From NCBI GenBank assembly GCA_050948825.1, contig JBMNEO010000005.1, positions 100,432-164,431 of the forward strand: a stretch of DNA of 64,000 bases, written 5' to 3'. The notes under the pieces were generated by a model, which was not told the DNA's origin, ran no database searches, and saw only the letters and a list, made by a program, of their open reading frames with translations. This stretch comes from Dethiobacteria bacterium (GTDB lineage: Bacteria > Bacillota > Dethiobacteria > DTU022 > UBA8154). Shown one piece after another: positions 19,759 through 29,770 of the stretch. A program made the translations under genes and the position numbers. Every line of letters starts with the position of its first letter. Position 1 is the first letter of the stretch.

Positions 19759-20667
19759 TTAATCCGCAGCTTTCCGGCCCAGATAACTTTTTAGCGGCGT
19801 ACTCACGGCGCTTTCCAGCACAGGGACCTTTTTTACCGCTTCTAACAGATACTTGATGTCTTTTTCTAACGGAACGATAATCAGCGCCAGCCTTCCGGTA
19901 TCCAAATCCCTGCGCACAATAGGGGTGAATTCCGGGGTATCTACATCTTTGTAAATTCCCATTAAAGAGGCGGCATCGTGGGCGATTGCAATACGCTGGC
20001 CGTTATTTGCCAGTGTCGCCCGGCCATCGTCATTATATGGTTCAATTACTACACCCAGGGCTCTTTCGAGATAATCTTTCCTTACTTTCTCCATCCCCAG
20101 GTTCATTAAATGTATATCTTCTACAAAGAGATTAGGCCCTTCAAAGAATACCTTTCCTTCTCTCACATGGGCAATGTCGCCCAGTACTTTTCCTCCCATT
20201 AGTTTTTGTGTAATTAAAAAAGCAATGAAACCGACCACCAGACCATAAAAAATATTCCCCCAGTAAGTTGCACCACCTATTAATAGTGCTGCAAACATAA
20301 CGAGATAATTCCTCGCTTCAAATACCCTTGCTATGCCTTCTATATAGTCAGGTCCCCTGGGTACAAGATTGGTTTTATCCAGCTCCTCCAGCATAATTCT
20401 TTCCATTGTCCGCACTTCTCTAAACTGCGTTGCTGCCAAAGCTAGAAAAGTAACTGCAGTAAATTCCTTTTCCGTTAAGGCAGGTATCGCTATCGCCCCG
20501 ATTACAGCCGCAATAAAGGCCATGGAAAGGTGGCTGATTACTCCATGCGGATAACTTGGATACTGGCGGTAATCTCTTTTGAGCAGGAAGTAGCGAATTA
20601 AAACCCCGAGAACTACCCCGTTTAATACTGCCTGCAGGTAAGAGGAATTTATCATCGCTGCGCGCAC
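19759..20667 (-). CDS. YIEGIA family membrane protein
   Basis: 302 aa; contains the eponymous motif …RGPDYIEGIARVF…; multiple TM segments. Confidence 0.55.
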   Translation of the reverse strand: MRAAMINSSYLQAVLNGVVLGVLIRYFLLKRDYRQYPSYPHGVISHLSMAFIAAVIGAIAIPALTEKEFTAVTFLALAATQFREVRTMERIMLEELDKTNLVPRGPDYIEGIARVFEARNYLVMFAALLIGGATYWGNIFYGLVVGFIAFLITQKLMGGKVLGDIAHVREGKVFFEGPNLFVEDIHLMNLGMEKVRKDYLERALGVVIEPYNDDGRATLANNGQRIAIAHDAASLMGIYKDVDTPEFTPIVRRDLDTGRLALIIVPLEKDIKYLLEAVKKVPVLESAVSTPLKSYLGRKAAD

Positions 20668-20676
20668 TCCCCAGAT

Positions 20677-21849
20677 CTATTCGCTTTCCTCGCCTCCACC
20701 TTCTCTGTTTCCTTTTCTGCCAAATTCGGCAAACTCTTTTTTGAAGAAATGTGTCAGCTTGGCCCGCAATTCCTCTGGGCTGCCGGTAGCGATGAGCATA
20801 TATACGCCAAGGGCGATTGCGACAACTAGAATCACCCACAGTACGCTTCGTAAAGCAATCATCCCCAAACCTTCCCTTGCACCTGCATTTTCTTCCGCTC
20901 CAAAGTAAGCCCCCACCGCATCGGCAAAAAGGGCAACTGATTCCTCGGCTCCTTCTTTAGTATTTTCATGTGCCCCTACCTCCAGCAATACAGCCATCGG
21001 CAGCATATCCTGGTTGTAGTCTCCATTGGCCATAAAAATCCCTTTAATCAGGTTGGGGTGTTCTTCATCAGTTATTTTTTTAAGGTTTTCTGCAAAATTT
21101 CTGTTGGCCTCAAGGTTCTGGTTTTGACGCCCTACAACAAGCTGTATCTGTACTTTTTCGTCATCGTTGACAACTTCAAGATACTCCTCCGGAGGGACAG
21201 CATCGCGATGAACATCGAATAAAGCTGCGGCCCCGGATTTGAGCAGCTCTTCTGCAGTCCTCCTGGATCTTTGATAGGCCATGGCATCGTGTGGCACATG
21301 CGTCTCAGTTGAATGGATTATCTTAAAACCTTTTTGCTCCAGCGCTTGCGCAAAGCTATCTCCAACATCTATAATACCGCCGCCCTGCAGGATGCTTTCG
21401 GTTCCGTCCGAAGGAACATAGGATTCTGCCCCATGCGAATGATATATTCCCAGTACCGTCTCGCCGTTTTGCTCTTTTTGGCCCTCCAGTAAATTTGTTT
21501 CAGAAACATTAAAATTTAAAAAAACCTCCTGGTCAAAGTCGGAGAGTGTTATTTTCCCTAGATTTCGAGCCCAGGCAGTATCTCCTTCCAGACGTTCAAC
21601 GCGATACAGAATATTATCCTGGTTAATGTATTCGTCGTCTATATGTACCAGCCTTGCCGTTTTCATGATTACTTCCTCGGTTTCCAGATCTTTCATGGAG
21701 TAATACCCCTCTTTGGGGGAGCGCTCGTCAAGAATATCGGGAAGCTCTGCAGCTTCTGTACCCGGTGTAATAATCAATAAAATAAGCCATAACACTGCCA
21801 ATAAGCAAACAATACTTTTAAATAGTTTTCTACTCTGGATTGTTAACAT
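20677..21849 (-). CDS. spoIIP: Stage II sporulation protein P (SpoIIP family amidase)
   Basis: 390 aa; signal/TM at the N-terminus, IYHSHGAESY… motif, C-terminal TM. Confidence 0.7.
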   Translation of the reverse strand: MLTIQSRKLFKSIVCLLAVLWLILLIITPGTEAAELPDILDERSPKEGYYSMKDLETEEVIMKTARLVHIDDEYINQDNILYRVERLEGDTAWARNLGKITLSDFDQEVFLNFNVSETNLLEGQKEQNGETVLGIYHSHGAESYVPSDGTESILQGGGIIDVGDSFAQALEQKGFKIIHSTETHVPHDAMAYQRSRRTAEELLKSGAAALFDVHRDAVPPEEYLEVVNDDEKVQIQLVVGRQNQNLEANRNFAENLKKITDEEHPNLIKGIFMANGDYNQDMLPMAVLLEVGAHENTKEGAEESVALFADAVGAYFGAEENAGAREGLGMIALRSVLWVILVVAIALGVYMLIATGSPEELRAKLTHFFKKEFAEFGRKGNREGGGEESE

Positions 21850-21927
21850 CTAATCAACACCTGCCAAATATTATTTCGAAAATTTTTTTGGGGAAAAACC
21901 AGTAATTCTTTGACAATCTTAAACTGT

Positions 21928-22623
21928 TCATCCTTCAGTATGGTTATCCTCATCGGCCGGACGATTATCCCCGGCTGAATGTTCGGCAGGAAAAACATCT
22001 TCTTTTTTTTCTTCCCCACTTGCTTCGAGGTTTACTCTTTCAACTGTCTCGCCGACTAATTCTGCCAAACCAAGGGCAATAAAACCGGAAATTACTACAG
22101 CATCAAATACTCCGGCACCTCCGATAGTAATGGATGAGGCAGCTCCGGCAAACATGTTTTCTACCAGCGCCGCCAGATCATTAATTACCATGGCCATTGA
22201 TCCGGCAATAAACGAACCCCTTCTTGTCCTTCCTGAAGCGTAAGCTACTAAACCGGCTATTAATGCAACAATATACAAAGGGTCTAGAAAGAAATTATAG
22301 GTGGGTTCCAAAGGCATGATTTTCATAGTTGCATATACTACAGCTGAAGTAATTATTACAGCAATTACGGATCTGTTTACTTCTGACCTGTCACATTTAC
22401 TCCAGAGGTAGACCGCCAGGATAATCGGAACGACTCCGCCTCCCAGGTTAATGCTGATATTTCCGCCTAAAGGAATATCCGGCAAATATGTTCCGACAAT
22501 CATGGCTACCAGGAAGAGCAAAGCCGCACGGTCATTTAAACGCAACCTGTCAAGCGCCCGCTGTGCCAATCCAAGATATACTATAACGGCAATTACAAGC
22601 AAAAACACAACACCAAAGTTCAC
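21928..22623 (-). CDS. DUF1614 family membrane protein
   Basis: Probable GTG start (VNFGVVFLL…) 9 nt after AAGGGG; polytopic membrane protein; family call tentative. Confidence 0.4.
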   Translation of the reverse strand: MNFGVVFLLVIAVIVYLGLAQRALDRLRLNDRAALLFLVAMIVGTYLPDIPLGGNISINLGGGVVPIILAVYLWSKCDRSEVNRSVIAVIITSAVVYATMKIMPLEPTYNFFLDPLYIVALIAGLVAYASGRTRRGSFIAGSMAMVINDLAALVENMFAGAASSITIGGAGVFDAVVISGFIALGLAELVGETVERVNLEASGEEKKEDVFPAEHSAGDNRPADEDNHTEG

Positions 22624-22724
22624 TGTCAATCGCCCCTTTTTTTCAAATAAAGCGTTATTTCCTTTCAATAGATTTACCCCGAATTGTATTATTTATGCGC
22701 TGCGGTTATTTCCCCCCCCAAAAA

Positions 22725-22746
22725 AAAATCGGCCTTTTCAGGCCGC
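22725..22746 (-). terminator. Terminator after ispH-rpsA
   Basis: cggcc-ttttca-ggccg hairpin with A9 on + (a U-run on the minus transcript). Confidence 0.45.
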
Positions 22747-22788
22747 TTACTGACTTTGATATAAAAATAAGTTTAATATCAGGTAACG

Positions 22789-24816
22789 CTATTTTCCTTC
22801 CTTATCCACATTGCCGGTCTGGCCGTTATTAAAAAGGTCTCCAAAAACGTCCCCAAGGGTTACATTTTGATTTTCACTTTCTCCCTGGGGGGAATGTGAA
22901 GAATAATCCCTGGGAGCGGGCCGCGCCTTCTTTATACTTAAGCTGATTCTTTTGTTTTCTATGCTTATATCCAGGATTTTTGCTTCAATTTCTTCTCCCT
23001 CCTGGATAATTTCCGATGGGTGCTTGACATGGAAATCAGCCATTTGTGAGATATGCACTAAACCTTCAACCCCGGGAATAAGTTCTATAAAAGCACCAAA
23101 ATTTACAATCCTGGTTACCTTGCCCTTGATAATATCCCCGGCGCTGAACTGCTTACCTGCCGTAAACCAGGGATCCGGCTGAGCCTGCCTGATGCTGAGG
23201 CTGATTCTTTCTCTCTCCGGAATTACCTCCAATACTTTAACATCTACCTGCTCGCCAACCTTTAAAACATCCTGGGGATGGCCAACCCGTTGCCAGGAAA
23301 CTTCGGAAATGTGGACTAAGCCGTCTATACCCCCTACATCAACAAAAGCCCCGAAGTCGGTCAATCTCTTAACGGTTCCGGCAATGATTTCTCCTACTTT
23401 TAAATTTTCTATTGTTTCTTTCCTCTGTTTTGCCATTTCTTTTTCCAGCATCTGTTTCCTGGACACGATCACTTTGTCCCTATCCCGGTTTAATTCTATA
23501 ACATTAAAAGAAAATTCCTGCCCTAAGAACTGCTGAAAATCGGGAATATAACGTACATCAACCAGAGAACCAGGCATGAAGCCTTCTATCCCACAGCCTA
23601 AATCTATAATTATTCCTGCAGGAACTACCTCTTTTACGATACCTTTCATAGTTAATCCTGATTCCACGGCCTCTTCAAGTTCTTTCCAGCGCCTTTCTCT
23701 GTCTAAGCGCTTTTTAGAAACGATTACTTTTTCATCCTGTTGTTCTATTTTTAAAACCAACAGGTCAACCTCTTCCCCCTCAGAGTATTTTTCTTTTAAT
23801 GTGGTTTCGCCCTCTAAAAAAACTTCGTTTCGGGGAAGAACTGCCTCAGATTTGTAACCGATATCGAACAGAACCTGCTCATCCTCCACCAGCACAACCT
23901 TGCCTGTGATAATATCACCTGGCCGGTACTCTCTACCCTCTTCCGAGGAAAAGGTTTCCTCTGTTCCGGTTTCTAAGTTACCATCTTCCAACATAGCCAT
24001 GACCTCCTTTATCGTCCAGGATGGGGTTGAAGCCCCTGCGGTTACCCCAACTTTTTTGATCCCCACCAGCCACTCCCTCGAGACATCCCGGGCTCCGGCA
24101 ACCTGGTGAGTTGTTGTTATTTCACGGCAGACCTTTGTCAGCTTGCAGGTATTGGAACTCTTAACGTCACCTACTACAAGCATCAAGTCTGCCCTTGAAG
24201 CCAGTTTAGCAGCAGCATCCTGCCTTAACGCAGTTGCTTTACAGATAGTATTAATAACCTTAAGCTCCGGGCATATCTTTTCCAACTCTACAGCGGTCTT
24301 TAGGAACCCGGTTTCCTGCTGGGTGGTTTGTGAGATAAATAACGCCCTGGAAGAAAGGTTTAAATTATTTATGCCTGACCCGGTTTCGTCCGGTTCAACA
24401 ACAGTGGCATTTCCCCGGGACCAGCCGAGCAAAGCTTGTACTTCGGGATGCTGATGGTCACCATAGATTAAAATATCAAAGCCTTTTTGCTCATAATTGC
24501 GGGCAAGCATTTGTACTCGCTTGACAAACGGGCAGGTAGCATCAATTACTTCGAGATCGTCCCGCTGAAAAAGGCGTTCAAGGATATCCGGCGCAACACC
24601 ATGCGTGCGGATTATTACCGTGCAGTCCTTTAACTCATCCGGGTTATCGGTGGAGGCTACACCTTTTTCGCGTAAGAAACGGATTACGTTATCATTGTGT
24701 ACCAGTGGGCCCATGGTGATAACTTTTTTCCTTTTGCCGGCTTCCTGAAGGGTAATTTTTAATGCATTTTCTACACCTTTGCAAAAACCTGCATGTTCTG
24801 CCAGACAGATCTCCAA
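22789..24816 (-). CDS. ispH: Bifunctional 4-hydroxy-3-methylbut-2-enyl diphosphate reductase (IspH/LytB) fused to four S1 RNA-binding domains
   Basis: 675 aa; N-terminal LytB (…GFCKGVENA…ATCPFV…); C-terminal repeated S1 domains (GxV…FGAFV…GLVHIS ×4); a fusion typical of Clostridia. Confidence 0.85.
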   Translation of the reverse strand: MEICLAEHAGFCKGVENALKITLQEAGKRKKVITMGPLVHNDNVIRFLREKGVASTDNPDELKDCTVIIRTHGVAPDILERLFQRDDLEVIDATCPFVKRVQMLARNYEQKGFDILIYGDHQHPEVQALLGWSRGNATVVEPDETGSGINNLNLSSRALFISQTTQQETGFLKTAVELEKICPELKVINTICKATALRQDAAAKLASRADLMLVVGDVKSSNTCKLTKVCREITTTHQVAGARDVSREWLVGIKKVGVTAGASTPSWTIKEVMAMLEDGNLETGTEETFSSEEGREYRPGDIITGKVVLVEDEQVLFDIGYKSEAVLPRNEVFLEGETTLKEKYSEGEEVDLLVLKIEQQDEKVIVSKKRLDRERRWKELEEAVESGLTMKGIVKEVVPAGIIIDLGCGIEGFMPGSLVDVRYIPDFQQFLGQEFSFNVIELNRDRDKVIVSRKQMLEKEMAKQRKETIENLKVGEIIAGTVKRLTDFGAFVDVGGIDGLVHISEVSWQRVGHPQDVLKVGEQVDVKVLEVIPERERISLSIRQAQPDPWFTAGKQFSAGDIIKGKVTRIVNFGAFIELIPGVEGLVHISQMADFHVKHPSEIIQEGEEIEAKILDISIENKRISLSIKKARPAPRDYSSHSPQGESENQNVTLGDVFGDLFNNGQTGNVDKEGK

Positions 24817-24819
24817 TAA

Positions 24820-25410
24820 TCAGGCCTCCCCTAAATTAGCAGCAATCATCTTTATTTCCCGCATGATTCTAGAGCTGGCTTTTTCTAACACTTCACTTTT
24901 TAGTTTGCCCTCTTCTTTAAAATATATCAAAGAACCTATACCGACCTTTACGGGCTTAAAAAAACGCGACGGCCATTTGATAAAGACAGGGATAACCGGT
25001 TTTTGACTTTTTAAGGCGATTAGTGCCGCTCCATGATGGGGGTTTCCCAGTTCTTTTGCCTTAATCCTTGTTCCTTCAGGAAAAAGAGCAAGGATATCGC
25101 CTTCATCCAGAACCTGAAGCGCACGTCGGATTGCTGCCCTATCTGCAGTGTTTCTTTTAACCGGGAATGCATAAATTTTTTTAATTATATATCCAAGAAT
25201 AAAGATCTTGAAAAGCTCGTCTTTAGCCATAAAACAAAGCCTGTTCCTTGAAAACACACATCCCACAAGAGGTGGGTCAAACCAGCTGGTATGATTGGAG
25301 CAAATAATATACGGACCGCTGGAAGGAATATTATCCGCCCCATATATTTTTACGCTGTAAAAAAGATTAAAATAAACTTTGAATAACCATCTCAGGATTT
25401 TATAAAGCAT
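24820..25410 (-). CDS. plsC: 1-acyl-sn-glycerol-3-phosphate acyltransferase (PlsC family)
   Basis: 196 aa; HX4D motif NHTSWFDP, FPEGTR. Confidence 0.75.
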   Translation of the reverse strand: MLYKILRWLFKVYFNLFYSVKIYGADNIPSSGPYIICSNHTSWFDPPLVGCVFSRNRLCFMAKDELFKIFILGYIIKKIYAFPVKRNTADRAAIRRALQVLDEGDILALFPEGTRIKAKELGNPHHGAALIALKSQKPVIPVFIKWPSRFFKPVKVGIGSLIYFKEEGKLKSEVLEKASSRIMREIKMIAANLGEA

Positions 25411-25420
25411 GGCAGCCTCA

Positions 25421-26110
25421 TCAACGTATTACATCCCTATCTGTTTTTTGCTTATCAAGGATATAATTTAATACAATTCCAATAACCTCTTCCAGGGAAT
25501 ATGAAGTCGTATCAATTACATAAGCTTCGGGAGCAGCTTTTAAAGGCGACTCTTCCCTTTCCTGATCGATGCGATCCCTCATGGCGATTTCCTCTAAAAT
25601 TTCGTCAAATAAAACGCCGCTCTCTTTTAAATTTCTTTCCAGCCAGCGCCGGTTGGCACGTTCTTTTATACCGGCCAAAAGAAAAAATTTATAATCCGCC
25701 TCTGGAAGAACTTTTGTTCCGATATCCCTGCCTTCCATGACTATACCCCCGCTTTTTTCAGCAACTTTCTTTTGCAGTAGTACAAGTTCCTTTCTTATTT
25801 CCGGGGTTTTAGCAACCAGTGATACATTTTTATTTACTTCGGAGCTCCTGATTTTTTCCGTGACATCTTCCCCGTCCAGGATTATCGATGTCCCCTTCTC
25901 TTCGTTATATTCTATTTCCATATTGCATTTCCGTACAAGTTCGCCAAGTTTTTTGCCATCACTAACATCGATCTTTTCTTTCAACGCCTTATAGGTAATG
26001 GCACGATACATTGCACCCGTATCAAGACACTTCAGGTTCATCCGGCGTGCAACTTCTCTTGCTACGCTGGTTTTCCCGGCGCCGGCAGGACCATCAATCG
26101 CTATTTGCAT
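25421..26110 (-). CDS. cmk: Cytidylate kinase
   Basis: 229 aa; MQIAIDGPAGAGKTSVAREVARRMNLKCLDTGAMYRA. Confidence 0.9.
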   Translation of the reverse strand: MQIAIDGPAGAGKTSVAREVARRMNLKCLDTGAMYRAITYKALKEKIDVSDGKKLGELVRKCNMEIEYNEEKGTSIILDGEDVTEKIRSSEVNKNVSLVAKTPEIRKELVLLQKKVAEKSGGIVMEGRDIGTKVLPEADYKFFLLAGIKERANRRWLERNLKESGVLFDEILEEIAMRDRIDQEREESPLKAAPEAYVIDTTSYSLEEVIGIVLNYILDKQKTDRDVIR

Positions 26111-26438
26111 TTCTCCACCTCTGTTAAAAACCTGAAATATTTATCTTCTCTGAAAAAAAATATACCGGATAATTCGGCATCCTTGTCCAGAATCAGACAC
26201 AGAAGAATCTCTTGCCGACAAATAACCCGGTTATCTTTGCTTTATTTGCATATTTATCTAATGTTTTTTTTGTTTCTTCAAAAAATGATATAGATACACT
26301 CTCAAAAAAACTTTCTGCCCCTTTAGTGTTCTTCCGCCCAACATACTGCACCTTATTACCACCTCATAGGGAAAAAGAAAAACTCACCATAGCAATAATA
26401 TACTATTCTCTTCGTTTTGACAACCCTAACATTAAATT

Positions 26439-26999
26439 TTAAGGAATAATCCAGGCTAAAAGTTCTTTTTCTCCAAACGAATATACTTCTAGCCCCTCTT
26501 CGGGGGCACGCAGGTCTCCATAAACTTTCACAATTTTAACTGTAGCCGGGGTATTCCCCGGGACTTCGCCGACCAATTCCAGTATATCGCCGGCTTCTAC
26601 CCTAACATATATATCCGCATCGCCAAATTGTGCTGCGATCCTGTTGTTAACTTGAAGGAAAAGTTCTATTGAAACCCCTTCAGGAGGCAGAAGTCTTAAT
26701 ACAAGAGCCTTTTCTTCTGCTTTTTCCGCGGTTATAACCGGGGATGCTTTTTCTTCCACGACTTTTTTCCCGATTACATCCTGAATATTTTCCATAACAG
26801 GTATTCCTTCAAACTGTTGGGTTTTACTGAGAAAAAGCCGCGCATCATCTTCCATGAGCAAAGCCTGTATTAGAAAAAGCAAAACAACCATTCCAAGGGC
26901 AAGGCGGAAAACTATTTTTTCTACCTTTGTAACAAAGCGTTCTAACCATTTATCGAAATCCATAAATAAAGCCCCCCTTATAACATATTTTATGCACAA
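26439..26999 (-). CDS. Hypothetical protein with an N-terminal TM segment
   Basis: Probable start MDFDKWLERF… at about 26961; no family recognised. Confidence 0.3.
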   Translation of the reverse strand: MCIKYVIRGALFMDFDKWLERFVTKVEKIVFRLALGMVVLLFLIQALLMEDDARLFLSKTQQFEGIPVMENIQDVIGKKVVEEKASPVITAEKAEEKALVLRLLPPEGVSIELFLQVNNRIAAQFGDADIYVRVEAGDILELVGEVPGNTPATVKIVKVYGDLRAPEEGLEVYSFGEKELLAWIIP

Positions 27000-27037
27000 A
27001 AGGGAGCTTTATGCTCTTTTGGCAATGGATCTTCCGT

Positions 27038-27532
27038 TTAACGGTTGTTTTCTCTGAGAAGTAAGTTTATCCTGCCCTGTAAATGCTCGTTAATTTTAAA
27101 AAGCAGCCTTTCTATTTCTCTGTTGTTGAGAAGAATAGTTGTCGGTTCCAGGATTTCTATACGCCTGAATTCTTCTCTGATAATAAAGCGCAGCAGGTCT
27201 TCCAGTGAATCCGCGCTTACTGCCAATTCCAGGGGGGCATAAGCGATCTCCTCGTTGGATTCCTCATCATACACGCTATATATTTCCCCCAGATCCATAT
27301 TTTCCACATTTATTCCCTGTAAAGGCACATTCCGCCAGAGTTGCACCTGCTGTTCTCTGTAATCATGCGCGACGCTTTCAGTTTTTTTACCGCCGAAAAA
27401 AAACCTGGCCGGTTTAGGTTTTCCTTTATAATCAAATCTTACTTTAAATTTTAACCTCGAATTTGGATAGTTTTCATGCAGGTTATTATTCTCTTTTTCT
27501 TTCTCCCTGGAATTAATTTCAGTTCTCAACAT
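27038..27532 (-). CDS. Hypothetical protein
   Basis: 164 aa, charged, no family recognised. Confidence 0.3.
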   Translation of the reverse strand: MLRTEINSREKEKENNNLHENYPNSRLKFKVRFDYKGKPKPARFFFGGKKTESVAHDYREQQVQLWRNVPLQGINVENMDLGEIYSVYDEESNEEIAYAPLELAVSADSLEDLLRFIIREEFRRIEILEPTTILLNNREIERLLFKINEHLQGRINLLLRENNR

Positions 27533-27707
27533 TTTAACCCTCCCCTGAAACAGCGCCGGGTATTTGAGTTATTTTCCATTCCTTACCTGATACTATTTTA
27601 ACCCTTTTACGTGGATCTATTCGAGAAAAATTAATAATATCCTTCCTACAAAACGGCATGTCCTGTAAAACTTGTCCAGAAATAGAAAATAAACATACGC
27701 AAACAGG

Positions 27708-28445
27708 CTAATTTTTTAAACCAGTTAAAACGAAAAGTTTCTCTACCTCTGAAGGAGTTAGCGTCCTGTATTCCCCTTGCCTGAGTCCGCTGAGGTTTAA
27801 AAAAGCCAGGGAGATTCTTCGCAGCGATAGTACAGGGTATCCCAGCGCTTTACACATACGTTTTACCTGCCTTTTTTTACCTTCACTAAGTGTAATGAGC
27901 AAATGAGCGTTTTTATTATCTGCAAAGAGCACTGCGACTTCAGCAGGTGAAGTATAACCGTCTTCCAGCAGTATTCCCTTTTTAAACATTTGCAGATCTC
28001 TTTCAGTCGGGATACCCTTAACCTTTGCAAGATACTCCTTTTTTATTCTAAAACGCGGATGGGTAAGCCGAAAGGCGAGCTCGCCATCATTGGTAAGCAG
28101 GAGCAGGCCTGCAGTATACAGATCGAGCCTGCCGACGGGAAAGATACCCTTCTTTAGTTTCTCAGGGAATAAATCCAGCACAGTCGGCCTTCCAAAAGGA
28201 TCTTTTACCGTTGTCAGATAACCTCTGGGCTTATTAAGCAGATAGTATCTTTTTTTATCGGCAATTGTAACTATACAATCATCGGCTTCAATTTTATCAC
28301 GAAGAGCATCTACTTTAGTTCCCGGTTTTTTTACTACCTTGCCGTTTACTTTTATTCTTCCGCCTCTGATCATTTGTTCAGCTGCGCGGCGGGATGCTAC
28401 GCCCCCGGCGGCCAGGAATTTCTGCAGCCTCATTAAATTGCTCAT
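27708..28445 (-). CDS. rluB: 23S rRNA pseudouridine synthase (RluB/RsuA family)
   Basis: S4 domain (LQKFLAAGGVASRRAAEQMIRGGRIKVNG) plus PVGRLDLYTAGLLLLTNDGELAFRLTHP. Confidence 0.8.
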   Translation of the reverse strand: MSNLMRLQKFLAAGGVASRRAAEQMIRGGRIKVNGKVVKKPGTKVDALRDKIEADDCIVTIADKKRYYLLNKPRGYLTTVKDPFGRPTVLDLFPEKLKKGIFPVGRLDLYTAGLLLLTNDGELAFRLTHPRFRIKKEYLAKVKGIPTERDLQMFKKGILLEDGYTSPAEVAVLFADNKNAHLLITLSEGKKRQVKRMCKALGYPVLSLRRISLAFLNLSGLRQGEYRTLTPSEVEKLFVLTGLKN

Positions 28446-28592
28446 GCACAGGTCCCTCTTTATAACGGTATTAGTATTGATTAGCATTAAAATATTATAC
28501 TGCGGTCATCTTAAGAATCCACATCCAAGGTAAGAAGAAGTTTAATCAGCCGGGGGCTGAATAAATAATACATCTTGATTATATTATACACT

Positions 28593-29132
28593 TCAGGCAA
28601 AAACCAGCTTGCAAACAAATACGGAGGCCAGAATACCCGCCAGGTCTGCTATTAATCCTACAACCAGGGCATAGCGTATTTTTTTAATGCCCACTGCCCC
28701 AAAATATACTGTTAAAACATATAAGGTAGTGTCCGTGCTCCCCTGCATAGTGGCTGCCATGCGCCCAAGCAGCGAATCGGGGCCGTGGATATTCATTATT
28801 TCTGTGGCGATAGCCAGGGAACTGGTGCCGGAAGCCGGTCTCATAAAGGCCAGAGGAAGTATATCGGAAGGTATCCCCAGATGGCCCAGTAGCGGTTCAA
28901 TTATAGTGCTGAGCAGCTCCATGGCGCCGCTGCCTCTGAACAAACCAATAGCGACCATCATCCCTACCAGAAAAGGGATCAGCCTTACGGACATTCCGAA
29001 ACCTTCTTTTGCGCCTTCGACAAAGGTATCAAATACTTTTACCCCGCGGAAATGTGCATATATTAGTGACAGAAGGATAAGTCCGGGTACAACCCATACA
29101 GAGATAACATTAAAAATCGCATAAATGTCCAT
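28593..29132 (-). CDS. spmB: Spore maturation protein B
   Basis: 179 aa membrane protein, nucleoside-recognition-like; dacB-spmA-spmB arrangement as in Bacillus subtilis. Confidence 0.75.
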   Translation of the reverse strand: MDIYAIFNVISVWVVPGLILLSLIYAHFRGVKVFDTFVEGAKEGFGMSVRLIPFLVGMMVAIGLFRGSGAMELLSTIIEPLLGHLGIPSDILPLAFMRPASGTSSLAIATEIMNIHGPDSLLGRMAATMQGSTDTTLYVLTVYFGAVGIKKIRYALVVGLIADLAGILASVFVCKLVFA

Positions 29133-29148
29133 CTTTCAACCTGTCACT

Positions 29149-29769
29149 TTATTGGAATTTTTTATGATTGGAAGTTACACCTTGCTCCTTCTTCCTGCTG
29201 TAAAAGCGGAAGAACCTGTCAACGAGGATGGCTACTGTTATGGAGCATAGGCTTGCTATGATCGTAGTTCCAACAATATCCGTGGGGTTTTGTGCACCTG
29301 TAGCCGACCTGATGGCAATAATAGTGGTAGGAATCAAGGTAAAACTGGCGGTATTGATGGCTAGAAAAGTACACATATTTTCTGAAGCGGTATCGCGCTC
29401 GGGATTTAGCTGCTGCATTTCCTCCATCGCCTTGATGCCGAACGGCGTAGCGGCATTTCCCATGCCAAGCAAATTAGCGCTCATATTCATCAACACGGCG
29501 TTCATGGCCTTGTGGTTACGTGAAATGCCTGGAAATAACCAGTAAGCCAGTGGTTTTAAAAAAAAGTTAACCAGATGAATAAACCCCGACTTTTCAATAA
29601 TTTTCATTATGCCCAGCCAGAAGACCATAATGCTGATCATGCTCAAAGAGATATTCACCGCGTTTTCTGCTGAACTAAAAATAATCGGCGTAATTGTCTC
29701 GATTTTTCCGTTTATTCCGGCAACTACAATCGCGATAATAATCATTCCTGCCCACAGTAGATTTACCAC
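29149..29769 (-). CDS. spmA: Spore maturation protein A
   Basis: 206 aa membrane protein MVNLLWAGMIIIAIVVAGINGK…. Confidence 0.75.
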   Translation of the reverse strand: MVNLLWAGMIIIAIVVAGINGKIETITPIIFSSAENAVNISLSMISIMVFWLGIMKIIEKSGFIHLVNFFLKPLAYWLFPGISRNHKAMNAVLMNMSANLLGMGNAATPFGIKAMEEMQQLNPERDTASENMCTFLAINTASFTLIPTTIIAIRSATGAQNPTDIVGTTIIASLCSITVAILVDRFFRFYSRKKEQGVTSNHKKFQ

Positions 29770-29770
29770 A

